From Saccharolobus islandicus Y.N.15.51 (GTDB lineage: Archaea; Thermoproteota; Thermoprotei_A; Sulfolobales; Sulfolobaceae), in assembly GCF_000022485.1 (NCBI RefSeq), contig NC_012623.1, positions 2,580,674 to 2,604,673 on the forward strand: a DNA stretch of 24,000 bases, in the 5' to 3' direction. The notes beneath the pieces were generated by a model, which saw only the letters and a list, made by a program, of their open reading frames with translations, was not told the DNA's origin and searched no databases. Shown here piece by piece: positions 9,381 through 16,784 of the stretch (positions are counted from its first letter, which is position 1; every line of letters begins with the position of its first letter). Both the position numbers and the translations under genes were made by a program.

Positions 9381-9400
9381 TTATCGGTATCGATAGTAAT
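9351..9400 (-). promoter_or_regulatory. Putative PadR promoter/operator: two perfect 12-bp direct repeats flanking a TATA-like box
   Basis: atcgatagtaat occurs at 9351-9362 and again at 9389-9400. The TATA-like taaatttaaa lies between them. A 7-bp-arm palindrome caaccct-ct-agggttg sits just upstream at 9406-9421. Confidence 0.4.
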
Positions 9401-9745
9401 CATTGCAACCCTCTAGGGTTGTCTTAATAATCTTTAATTAGTAAATTCTAAATTTACTATTTTGTATCATTTTCTGTTTTTCTTTTGTTTATAACTTTTA
9501 TCAGAATATGGTAAATTCTATATACGCTGTTTGTAGAGAATCAAGATTATATGATAAACTATTTTGCTAAAAGCGAATTAGATTTGGAGACTAAAAAATC
9601 AAATTCCTTATTAGTTTACGTTGTGTATTCTTAAAGAAAGATTCTGTAATATTAATCTTCATAAGGTTGGTTTTGAAATTGGATTCTTCTTAACCTAAAA
9701 AGTATTCTAGATAAACTTTAATAGCATGGGTACCCAGGAGTACCC

Positions 9746-9932
9746 ATAAAATTCATCTTCGGTAAACCAGTTGATGAACCTTTTGATAGGGAAAACGAGA
9801 TAAGGCAACTAGTTGAAATGGCAAATAGAAGGCAACCAACTACAATAATCGGTGTGAGAAGGATAGGAAAGACTTCGGTAATATTGAAAGGTTTAAAAAT
9901 GGTTGAGACTCCAAAAGTCTATCTCTCTGCAG
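9746..9932 (+). pseudogene. N-terminal fragment of an archaeal AAA-type ATPase (Arch_ATPase-like), truncated by the IS at 9933 and lacking an in-frame start
   Basis: The reading is IKFIFGKPVDEPFDRENEIRQLVEMANRRQPTTIIGVRRIGKTSVILKGL..., with a Walker-A-like GVRRIGKTS. The frame runs straight into the IS terminal repeat at 9933. The only upstream ATG (9726) is out of frame. Confidence 0.55.
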
Positions 9933-10027
9933 TGCTTTGTGGGCTATTTCAATTTATTTCATAAGCATGATATGATACATTAAGAATTTTTTAGTGATTA
10001 CTATTTATTTCAACGTTATTCGCAAGC

Positions 10028-10138
10028 TCACACCCTAATACCCGGAGCTCTACCAACTAAAGAATTAGCCAAGTGGACCATCCACGCGTAAGCCCAGAAC
10101 TTGAGCTTAGCCTCAACCACTTGCCCTAAAAAACTCCT
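10028..10138 (-). pseudogene. Detached C-terminal tail of the ISC1058-like transposase
   Basis: The minus strand reads (R)SFLGQVVEAKLKFWAYAWMVHLANSLVGRAPGIRV*. Joining at the shared agg codon restores a continuous frame with ...FGESVRATR at 12751 and upward. Confidence 0.75.
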
Positions 10139-10433
10139 ACGGGGCAATCCACGCAAAACAAGAGAACGAATAAAACCAAGTATTACAAGAGAAAAGGAAA
10201 TAAACAAGTAAGGAGAAAAACAACATAAGCTCATAGAAAACATGGGGATAAAACCCCATCTACAAGGCTAGCTGTGAAGCCCCTAGAACGATCTAACAAG
10301 AGGGGATAAAAACCCCCGAGTAGGAGGTTGTAACAAAATACTCTAGGGGCTGAAACACTTAACACTATGCAAAGAAAACAAGGTATTATGAGAACAAAAA
10401 ATATCTCGAGAAACGCGTAATACACAAGCATGG
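10139..10433 (+). ncRNA. Candidate IS110 bridge-RNA-type structured non-coding region (5' arm of the element)
   Basis: - The region has no credible ORF.
- A perfect 10-bp long-range helix pairs agcccctaga (10278-10287) with tctaggggct (10342-10351).
- Two related hairpins are present: atgggg-ataaaa-ccccat (10242-10259) and gggg-ataaaaa-cccc (10302-10316).
- ctacaagg (10260-10267) equals the minus-strand target sequence spanning the insertion point. Confidence 0.3.
10425..10433. repeat. Left copy of the 9-bp target-site duplication (caagcatgg) of the IS1-family insertion
   Basis: It is identical to 11559-11567 and contains a copy of the IS110 recombinase start codon. Confidence 0.85.
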
Positions 10434-10478
10434 GGAGTGTTCTTATGCAGTCATCTTATTCGAGAACTTATAGTAAAA

Positions 10479-11429
10479 TTATATCAGAGTTTCTCTAATA
10501 TTCTGTACTCCCCTCAAGTAAGCCTCGTTCAAGGGAGTCTTCTCCCTTGAATAAATTACTGGATACATGACATTAAGTAAGGCAAGACTATAATCAACCA
10601 TTCTCTCACTCCTATTGACAGCCCTAGTGTCCCTAGCCAACCTAGCCAAATGAGCCCTACAGTAAGAGTTATAACTCTCAACCGTATAAGTGTACTTCTT
10701 ACTTGCAACGTGATTGTCAAGGACTTGATAAACAGAGTAATCATCAGTGTAATTAACCTCACTCTTAGGCAGAGAATTCAAGAGAAAACTAAAAGTCTTA
10801 TAATCCCTATCACCCGTAGTAAAGAAGGGTAAACCATCAGCTAAGGCATTCCAAATCCACAAGTTCTCCCTCTTGGAACCATGCCTAACCCTAAGGTAAG
10901 TCCAACTCTCGTCAAATACCGTGACTTTTGCGGTAAAGCTTTTTAGTTGCTCTTGTAGGACTAATAAATTAACGTATGCCACTATTCCTTTTCTCTTTAT
11001 CAGACTGTAAACTGTAGTTAAAGGTTTTCCCTCAACTTTAGCTATTCCCCTCATGCTCATCCTATTCAAGTACTCCTTCAAGATCCTCTCCTTTTGCTCC
11101 CTACTCATCCTACGACTATTAGCATCGTAGAAAGTCCTTCTGCAGACATTACACTTGTACTTTGTCTTACCTCTTGATGAACCATTCTTGATCACCTTGT
11201 CCGACTTACAAGATGGACAGTTTGGCCTAATCTCCCTCCTCTTCCTTACACCCAATTTCCTAGTGTAGTAATAAATTGTTGATGGCGGTATTCCAAGCTT
11301 AGTTATTGGCACTCCCAACAAGTATGCAGCTATTGCCATTGAGATCCTTTCTAGATCGTGTTTTCTAGGCTTAACCTTTAAATTCTCTAAAATCAATACT
11401 ATTAATTGTGTGAGGGTGACGAGGTCCAT
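10479..11429 (-). CDS. IS1-family transposase (single fused ORF, apparently intact)
   Basis: 316 aa. It has an InsA-like zinc finger, CPSCKSDKVIKNGSSRGKTKYKCNVCRRTF, and then an HTH region. The InsB-like catalytic part reads DESWTYL...WIWNAL...TDDYSVY...TVESYNSYCRAHLARLARDTRAVNRSERM, which compares with IS1 IERHNLNLRQHLARLGRK. Confidence 0.85.
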   Translation of the reverse strand: MDLVTLTQLIVLILENLKVKPRKHDLERISMAIAAYLLGVPITKLGIPPSTIYYYTRKLGVRKRREIRPNCPSCKSDKVIKNGSSRGKTKYKCNVCRRTFYDANSRRMSREQKERILKEYLNRMSMRGIAKVEGKPLTTVYSLIKRKGIVAYVNLLVLQEQLKSFTAKVTVFDESWTYLRVRHGSKRENLWIWNALADGLPFFTTGDRDYKTFSFLLNSLPKSEVNYTDDYSVYQVLDNHVASKKYTYTVESYNSYCRAHLARLARDTRAVNRSERMVDYSLALLNVMYPVIYSREKTPLNEAYLRGVQNIRETLI

Positions 11430-11467
11430 TCTCGTCTCCCCTATACAATCTCGTCACCCTCACACAA
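11406..11467 (-). promoter_or_regulatory. Perfect 18-bp inverted repeat enclosing the IS1-family transposase start codon
   Basis: ttgtgtgagggtgacgag (11406-11423) is the exact reverse complement of ctcgtcaccctcacacaa (11450-11467). The ATG (11429-11427) lies in the 26-nt loop. One arm encodes residues 2-8 (DLVTLTQ). Confidence 0.5.
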
Positions 11468-11558
11468 GAAGTTTTCTCACGAAGACTTATAATCTTAACA
11501 TATATTTAATATTTTTACTATTCAATATCGAATAAGATGACTGCATGAGAACACCCCC

Positions 11559-11567
11559 CAAGCATGG
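11559..11567. repeat. Right copy of the 9-bp target-site duplication (caagcatgg) of the IS1-family insertion
   Basis: It is identical to 10425-10433 and includes the ATG (11564-11566) of the IS110 recombinase. Confidence 0.85.
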
Positions 11568-12723
11568 AATTAAAAGTTACAAACAAGGCCTTCGCAATTG
11601 ATATTTCACAAAGCAAACTAACAGCAGCAAAGGGAGAACTAGTAGTAGAACAAGAAAAATCAGCAGTATACGTCAAGGAGGTAAAGGAATTCAACCACGA
11701 CAACGAGGGAATAGAGGAACTAATTAAATTCCTAGGAGAATATAAGGAAGGAATAATAGAGGCAACTGGAATATATTACTTCTACCTACACGAAAAACTA
11801 ACGGAAAAAGGATACAAGGTAACAGTAATAAACCCACTACACCTAACAGAAATACTAGGGAAAAAGACAGACAAACTCGACGCACAAAGGTTACTAGTAG
11901 CACACATGACCGGAGTAATCAAGGGATCATACATACCAACAGGAGAAATAATGGAGCTAAGAGAACTAACGAGATATAGGGAAAGCTTAGTAGAGAAGAC
12001 AACACAAGTAAAGAACGAGATAAGGAAAATATTAGAATTCGCGGGATATAAAATACAACCATTCGACAAGAAGGGAAGAAAACTACTTGAAAAGCTAGTA
12101 AAGGGGGAGGGACTAAGCAAGGAAGAGAAGGAGGAACTAAAAGAAAAACTAGGGAGAAACTTAAACGACGCGGAAAACTAGCGTTAAAACAATTAGTTGA
12201 ACTGTTAAAAAACTTGGAGAAAATGATTAAGGAGGTTGAGGATATGATAATTTCCAAGATTCCAAAACCAGTAATTGAGTTGAGTAAGATCCCCGGGATT
12301 GGTTTGATTAGTGCTGCAACTATTTACGCTGAGTTCGGTGATGTTTCCCGTTTTTCCAGTTCTAAGGCTGCTAGGGCTTATGCAAGCTTTGCACCCAAAA
12401 CTAAGCAGAGTGGTGATAGCGAGTCTCACTCCGGTATGATTAGGGGTAATAAGTATTTGCGTAGAGCTCTCTACTTGGTTGCCAAGGTTGCTAGGGGTCT
12501 TGAGCCTTTTAAAGGGTATTATGAGAGGCTTATTGCTAGGGGGAAGAGTGTTACTCAAGCTACTTGTGCTCTTGCCGGAAAGCTTGCAAGCATTTGTTAT
12601 CATGTTATAAAGGACGGTGTTTACAAGGGAGTTGTCAAGAAGAGTTTTAGGATTCCTAGGGGTAAGGAAGTTAATGTCAAGGACTTCGACGTGGGAGACG
12701 CGCTAGACTCGTTATCCCCATAG
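11564..12723 (+). pseudogene. IS110-family DEDD recombinase/transposase, split into two frames (11564-12181 and 12142/12214-12723)
   Basis: The N-domain reads AFAIDISQSKL...IEATGIYYFYLHEKL...VINPLHL...KKTDKLDAQ (DEDD/RuvC-like). The C-domain reads LSKIPGIGLISAATIYAEFGDVSRFSSSKAARAYASFAPKTKQSGDSESHSGMIRGNKYLRRALY (Transposase_20). The frames overlap at 12142-12181, and a -1 shift is needed to join them. Confidence 0.85.
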
Positions 12724-12750
12724 GTTTGTTAGAGGCGTCAGCATGTAGTG

Positions 12751-13538
12751 CCTTGTAGCCCTAACAGATTCCCCAAAAGTACGCTTCACAGCAGAGAATA
12801 AGGACTCAATCCTCCACCTAACACCGTAACCCCTCTCCTCCCTCCAACGATTATAACCCAACCTCTTGAACTCCCTTACAGCCTTTCTCCTAGCAGGATG
12901 ACCGCGTCTAGTGGAGGCGTTCTCCCTAGGTGGAACAACAACCTCAACCCCAGTCTTGTAAACCTCATTAGCATCATAAGCTTTATCTCCATAAAACTTC
13001 TTGACCTTCTTTCCCTTATCTTGTAAATCCTTAACCGTCTTAACTGCAGTCTGAACCTCGTTGCTGGTTACTTCAGCGTTTATTACGTTGAATTGGTCCT
13101 TATCCATTACTATTTCGATCTTGAGGAATTTTGAGTCCTTGGTTTTTCCCCATTTTGCAATTGTCCTCCCTTGTTTGTGCTTATTCCCGTTGCGTCTGCT
13201 ATTACTTCAAGTTGGTCATTTGCCTCTGGGAATTTTATGTTCATGTTTCTTACTCTTTCCCATATTGTTGAGTAGTCTAGGCTTGTTGGGATGATTTTCA
13301 GTCTTTCTAATGCTCTCAATACTCCTTCTATGGCCCTATAAGGTAGGAACAAGTGCAGGAACGCTAGGAAGTCGTTGAACTCCTTTGGCGCCTTGTAGGT
13401 TTTCTTGGCATTCCTATTCTCTTCTGCTAGTAATTCCCACCAGTGTTGGAAGACGTAGAAGGGGAACATTAGCTCGTATCTAGTTATAACGTTCTCGTCG
13501 TACTTGCTCCAATCCCTCTTGTACTTACTCTTTCCCAT
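12751..13538 (-). pseudogene. ISC1058-like IS5-family transposase, N-terminal and central parts (frameshifted at about 13160 and truncated by the IS110 insertion at 12750/12751)
   Basis: - The ORFs 13538-13110 and 13107-12712 carry the IS5-type motifs YGDKAYDANEVY and RWRIESLFSAVKRTFGE.
- Compared with copy 2 (23930-23990), copy 1 lacks 7 nt (ggacaat[acattat]agc... versus ggacaattgc...). That deletion splits the ORF.
- The last 13 codons of the track ORF (12750-12712) are IS110 sequence. Confidence 0.8.
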
Positions 13539-13600
13539 GAGTAATACTCGGTATAATTATTTATAAATTTTTGTATAATTCTGAAGTAACCCACAAAGCA

Positions 13601-13955
13601 GGAATTTACTGTTATCAATTCCCGGATAGTTAGCAGCTATTAGATAACGAACAGAGTTATTGCTAACCTTTTTCAGAATTAACCCATTATATGCTACGAT
13701 TATACTTCCATTATTATTTTCATAAGCAAGAATCTTTTTCCCATCCAAGCTATAATATGTAGATATTCCAGTAATGTTTGAAAAAATTTGTTGAGGCTCC
13801 AGAGATACATTATAACTAAGAATTGTATGAGAATTTGGATTTATTGTATACATTGTTACTAACTTTAGTGATAAGTTATAAATAAAAATGTAAATAATAT
13901 AATATGTAATATTATCATGTATAACCTTGTATTCTAGAAAGACCGGAGTCATCAA
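13601..13955 (-). pseudogene. Hypothetical (possibly secreted, sequon-rich) protein gene, 3'-truncated by the IS end at 13600; likely start is the ATG at 13853
   Basis: The ORF 13557-13955 reads from unique DNA into the IS terminal repeat and stops there. The upstream 34 codons are AT-rich and promoter-like (tttttatttata about 30 nt before the ATG at 13853). Several N-x-S/T sequons are present. I recognise no family. Confidence 0.35.
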
Positions 13956-14027
13956 ACATTACTCGGTAACAGTTACTTAAAAAATAGCCTAAAGTCATGT
14001 AGACTGGTAGTCGAAAATCAGAGAGAG

Positions 14028-14038
14028 GTTTTTAAAAG
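14028..14038 (+). promoter_or_regulatory. Putative TATA box of the arlB promoter
   Basis: gtttttaaaag lies about 40 nt upstream of the arlB ATG (14075). An 11-bp palindrome, gtaacagttac, at 13966-13976 is a possible regulator site. Confidence 0.35.
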
Positions 14039-14074
14039 TGTTCTAAGAAAGGGATTTCAGCAAGTGACCTAAAA

Positions 14075-14995
14075 ATGAACACCAAAAAAATGTTAAAAGA
14101 ATACAATAAAAAAGTGAAAAGAAAAGGATTAGCTGGATTAGACACAGCAATAATATTGATAGCATTCATAATAACTGCATCAGTGTTAGCTTACGTAGCC
14201 ATAAATATGGGATTATTTGTGACACAAAAAGCCAAATCCACTATAGATAAAGGAGAAGAGACAGCGTCAACAGCATTAACGTTATCGGGCTCTGTGCTAT
14301 ACGCTGTTAACTATCCATCAAATACGCGAAGTTATTGGATATACTTCACAGTATCTCCCAGTTCTGGAGTATCCAGCGTGGAATTGTCACCTAGTACTAC
14401 AGCTATTTCATTTACCGCCTCTGTTGAAGGGATATCATATTCAAATATATATAAATACACCTTATTAACAGTATCACCATCTGAACTAGCAAATCAAGTA
14501 TACGCGAATGGACAATATCTAGATCTGGTTAACCAGCAGACAAATGCAGGTCAAACATACGTATATTACCCAAATCCCTACTATGCCTTACTAGCGCTTA
14601 ACTATACTTTGTCGAAAATAGATAAAGTATCTCCATCCCCCTTATACATTACTACTACAACTCCCTCTTCAGCAACTCAAACATATCCATTCCTAGCGCA
14701 TGATAACATGTTTACTTTCACTCTAAATATTAGCGGCACATTAGTAACTTACTATGCGTTTGTTAATCAAACATTTGCATTTACTTATCCAGTCGCTGGA
14801 GATCCGTTAATAGGTAGTGCAATTGCCCCCGCTGGATCAGTAATCGGAGTAATGATCTTGTTTGGGCCAGATTTAGGAAGTCATGTATTTCAATATCAGA
14901 CAATAACAATACAAATCACACCTAACATAGGGTCCCCTCTCACAATATCTGAATACGTGTATCAACCAGAAGGCAGTGTATCGGTAATAGGGTGA
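14075..14995 (+). CDS. arlB: Archaellin (archaellum filament protein)
   Basis: 306 aa. It has a class III (type IV pilin-like) signal peptide, ...KRKGLAGLDTAIILIAFIITASVLAYVAINMGLF, followed by a sequon-rich, Ser/Thr-rich domain. It is the first gene of the arl cluster. Confidence 0.93.
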   Translation: MNTKKMLKEYNKKVKRKGLAGLDTAIILIAFIITASVLAYVAINMGLFVTQKAKSTIDKGEETASTALTLSGSVLYAVNYPSNTRSYWIYFTVSPSSGVSSVELSPSTTAISFTASVEGISYSNIYKYTLLTVSPSELANQVYANGQYLDLVNQQTNAGQTYVYYPNPYYALLALNYTLSKIDKVSPSPLYITTTTPSSATQTYPFLAHDNMFTFTLNISGTLVTYYAFVNQTFAFTYPVAGDPLIGSAIAPAGSVIGVMILFGPDLGSHVFQYQTITIQITPNIGSPLTISEYVYQPEGSVSVIG

Positions 14996-15035
14996 GATCA
15001 GAGTGCAAAAAATAGGTAATAAAAAGGTATCATTC

Positions 15036-15042
15036 TTTTTTT
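15036..15042 (+). terminator. T7 tract between arlB and arlX, a possible partial archaeal terminator
   Basis: A ttttttt run lies 41 nt after the arlB stop. Archaeal termination uses oligo-T, and differential arlB versus downstream expression is known in Sulfolobus. Confidence 0.3.
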
Positions 15043-15071
15043 CCCACTTTATAACATTCATGAGGTGAAGA

Positions 15072-15833
15072 ATGATAAATTTAAACTTACTTGAATTGGA
15101 ACAACTAATGGAATCTCCCCTATTTATTTTACTGATTAGCATAAGCATACCCTTGGCAGCATTCTTTATATCCTTTTTTAAGATAGTATTTCCACGAATA
15201 ACTAGGCCTAAGAATACACAACCACCACAAACTGCTTCTACTACACAACAAAATCAGCAACAACAGCAAATTACGACCAATTCTAGCAAGGAGATTGAAG
15301 AGCTTCTTAAGAACCTAATAAATAGAATGGATAAATATCAAAGTGATCTGGTAAATGTTCTAAATGGGTCTATGGAAGATTTAAAGCAAACCTTACAGAA
15401 ATTAAATTCTTCAATTGAAGATGCAGTGTTATCTCTAAAATCCGCTCAGGCTGATTCATCATCACCTTTCAATATCATATCAGAACGGTCTAAAGGCGAA
15501 CAGAGGCCAGAGGGTAATAAAGAATTAAAGGCTGTAGCTGAAATTGTTGGAACATCCAACATAGATTTGAGTACCTTCATCAGAAATTGTGTATTATTGG
15601 AGATTTTGGATTATGATGATTCTAAGTTGACAGCTTTATATGAATTAGGCTACATCTCTGCAGATGATATGTTTATTGTGAACAAGGTGCAATCTTATAT
15701 TAGGACTAATAATGGAAAGATAAGAGCAAAAGATTTAGCCGATATTGCTATGAATGTAGCTGAAAGTTACTCCTCAGTAACTGCAGAAATGAAAAAGTAT
15801 CTATTGGTATTGGAGGTAGGGAAGAATGGCTAG
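15072..15833 (+). CDS. arlX: Crenarchaeal archaellum motor scaffold protein ArlX (FlaX)
   Basis: 253 aa with an N-terminal TM helix, a Q-rich linker and then coiled-coil-like sequence. Its position between arlB and arlG is as in Sulfolobus. Confidence 0.85.
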   Translation: MINLNLLELEQLMESPLFILLISISIPLAAFFISFFKIVFPRITRPKNTQPPQTASTTQQNQQQQQITTNSSKEIEELLKNLINRMDKYQSDLVNVLNGSMEDLKQTLQKLNSSIEDAVLSLKSAQADSSSPFNIISERSKGEQRPEGNKELKAVAEIVGTSNIDLSTFIRNCVLLEILDYDDSKLTALYELGYISADDMFIVNKVQSYIRTNNGKIRAKDLADIAMNVAESYSSVTAEMKKYLLVLEVGKNG

Positions 15834-16293
15834 CGAAGTGATTAGCGAGACAATAATGTTAATCGTAGCAGTCACATTAGTAGGAGTAGTTGCGGGATCG
15901 GTTTTTTCTGTAGTGTCATCCATATCTACTAACATGGTATCATATAGTATATTACAATCGCAAAAATTGGTTACTGATCTTCAAATAGATTATGCTACAA
16001 ATGCCAGTTCTACAACTGTAATAGTATACTTACATAATATAGGAGAGTCAACAATTTTTAACTTGAAAAATAGTGTATTGTACTTCGGCCCGCAAGGAAA
16101 TCTACAACAGATAGGATATAACTCTTCTAGTACATTACCCTATTGGGTTGTTAATACTAATACATTATACCCTGGTTCTGTAGCTAAAATTATCATCTAT
16201 TTATCCTCACCCTTATCTACTACGCAGTATTATACTGTTCAGTTAGTTACCCCTAATGGATACTCAGTAAGCTATACATTTGAGGCGAGTTAG
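15826..16293 (+). CDS. arlG: Archaellum stator/S-layer-interacting protein ArlG (FlaG)
   Basis: 155 aa with an N-terminal TM helix plus a beta-rich domain. It overlaps arlX by 8 nt and sits in the conserved operon position. Confidence 0.85.
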   Translation: MASEVISETIMLIVAVTLVGVVAGSVFSVVSSISTNMVSYSILQSQKLVTDLQIDYATNASSTTVIVYLHNIGESTIFNLKNSVLYFGPQGNLQQIGYNSSSTLPYWVVNTNTLYPGSVAKIIIYLSSPLSTTQYYTVQLVTPNGYSVSYTFEAS

Positions 16294-16295
16294 GT

Positions 16296-16784
16296 ATGGG
16301 AGTTTCACAAGTAATAGCATATGTGCTATTATTTTTCATTACAATCTCGCTAGGATTAATTGCTTTAGGGGCATATATAAAAAGTCAGCAATTCTTATTA
16401 CATGCGGAATATATGAGGCAAAATATGGATCTAAATCAACTCAACACTAGAATATTTATAAAGAGTGTAGCGATAAATAGTTATCTATTATATATAACAA
16501 TAACTAATAATGGATCTACAGTATTATATGATTTTAAGGATTTCGCAATAATTATCAAATATTATGCAAACGTAAGTAACGTATCTACTCTTATAATTTC
16601 TAATTACAACTACTCTACTAGCTTAGGCACATATAAGTGGGTCTCAAATACCGTTCTAATTAATCCAAACATGGTAGGCACCTTTATAGCTGATTTACCA
16701 TATCCTCCATACCCTAATACTGAGGCGACTGTAGTTGTTGTATCTAATTATGGACCGGAAGCAATATGGAGGGGTGTACTGTGA
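16296..16784 (+). CDS. arlF: Archaellum stator protein ArlF (FlaF)
   Basis: 162 aa with an N-terminal TM helix plus a beta-sandwich-like domain, in the conserved operon position. Confidence 0.85.
   Translation: MGVSQVIAYVLLFFITISLGLIALGAYIKSQQFLLHAEYMRQNMDLNQLNTRIFIKSVAINSYLLYITITNNGSTVLYDFKDFAIIIKYYANVSNVSTLIISNYNYSTSLGTYKWVSNTVLINPNMVGTFIADLPYPPYPNTEATVVVVSNYGPEAIWRGVL

Larger units (their letters stand above)
10434..11558 (-). mobile_element. IS1-family insertion sequence (1125 bp) nested in the IS110-family element
   Basis: The imperfect terminal inverted repeats are about 31-33 bp: ggagtgttcttatgcagtcatcttattcga (10434 onward) versus the reverse complement of the right end, gggggtgttctcatgcagtcatcttattcga (up to 11558). 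A 9-bp direct duplication, caagcatgg, flanks the element. It carries a single transposase ORF. Confidence 0.85.
10139..12750 (+). mobile_element. IS110-family element (about 1478 bp of own sequence; ISC1491/ISC1229-like) inserted in the ISC1058-like transposase gene and carrying a nested IS1-family element
   Basis: - Removing 10139-12750 and one copy of the flanking cct (10136-10138 and 12751-12753) restores the IS5 transposase frame.
- There are no terminal inverted repeats, as expected for IS110.
- The 5' non-coding arm is long (about 295 nt) and the 3' arm is short (27 nt). Confidence 0.8.
9933..13600 (-). mobile_element. ISC1058-like IS5-family element, copy 1, interrupted by a 2612-bp nested insertion
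   Basis: - The terminal inverted repeats are tgctttgtgggctatttcaa (9933-9952) and the reverse complement of 13581-13600, tgctttgtgggttacttcag.
- The two own parts (9933-10138 and 12751-13600) sum to 1056 bp, close to the nominal 1058 bp as I recall it.
- The 9-bp flanks differ (tctctgcag versus ggaatttac), so there is no target-site duplication. Confidence 0.85.

Noticed and set aside
7908-9396. Plus-strand ORFs 7908-8357, 8361-8561, 8646-8876 and 9067-9396
   Set aside because: They are antisense to the ABC permease, ABC ATPase and PadR genes, with no motifs and a skewed S/L/I composition.
10242-10316. The two G4-ATAAAA(A)-C4 units as a mini CRISPR-like or other tandem repeat array
   Set aside because: There are only two copies, each a short hairpin, with no regular repeat-spacer periodicity. 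They are better explained as stem-loops of the IS110 non-coding arm.
10028-10431. Track ORFs 10028-10243 and 10231-10431 as independent genes
   Set aside because: Only the last ~37 codons of the first ORF are real coding sequence, namely the detached tail of the IS5-family transposase. The rest of that ORF, and all of the second, run antisense through the IS110 5' non-coding arm. The second ORF 'starts' at the ATG copy created by the IS1 target duplication.
10556-12603. ORFs 10556-10762, 10650-10832, 11518-11703, 11782-12120, 11919-12257 and 12205-12603
   Set aside because: They are alternative-frame or antisense ORFs inside the IS1-family and IS110-family transposase genes, with no independent support.
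13061-13294. 77-aa plus-strand ORF
   Set aside because: It is antisense to the ISC1058-like transposase N-terminal part, and its L/F/C-rich translation has no motifs.
14873-15148. 91-aa minus-strand ORF spanning the arlB-arlX intergenic region
   Set aside because: It overlaps the ends of two well-supported plus-strand genes and the oligo-T tract. It has no motif and no promoter-like context.
15235-15275. CAA/CAG-rich tract in arlX (QQNQQQQQ) as a repeat element
   Set aside because: It is a low-complexity Q-linker inside an intact ORF, not a mobile or structural DNA repeat.
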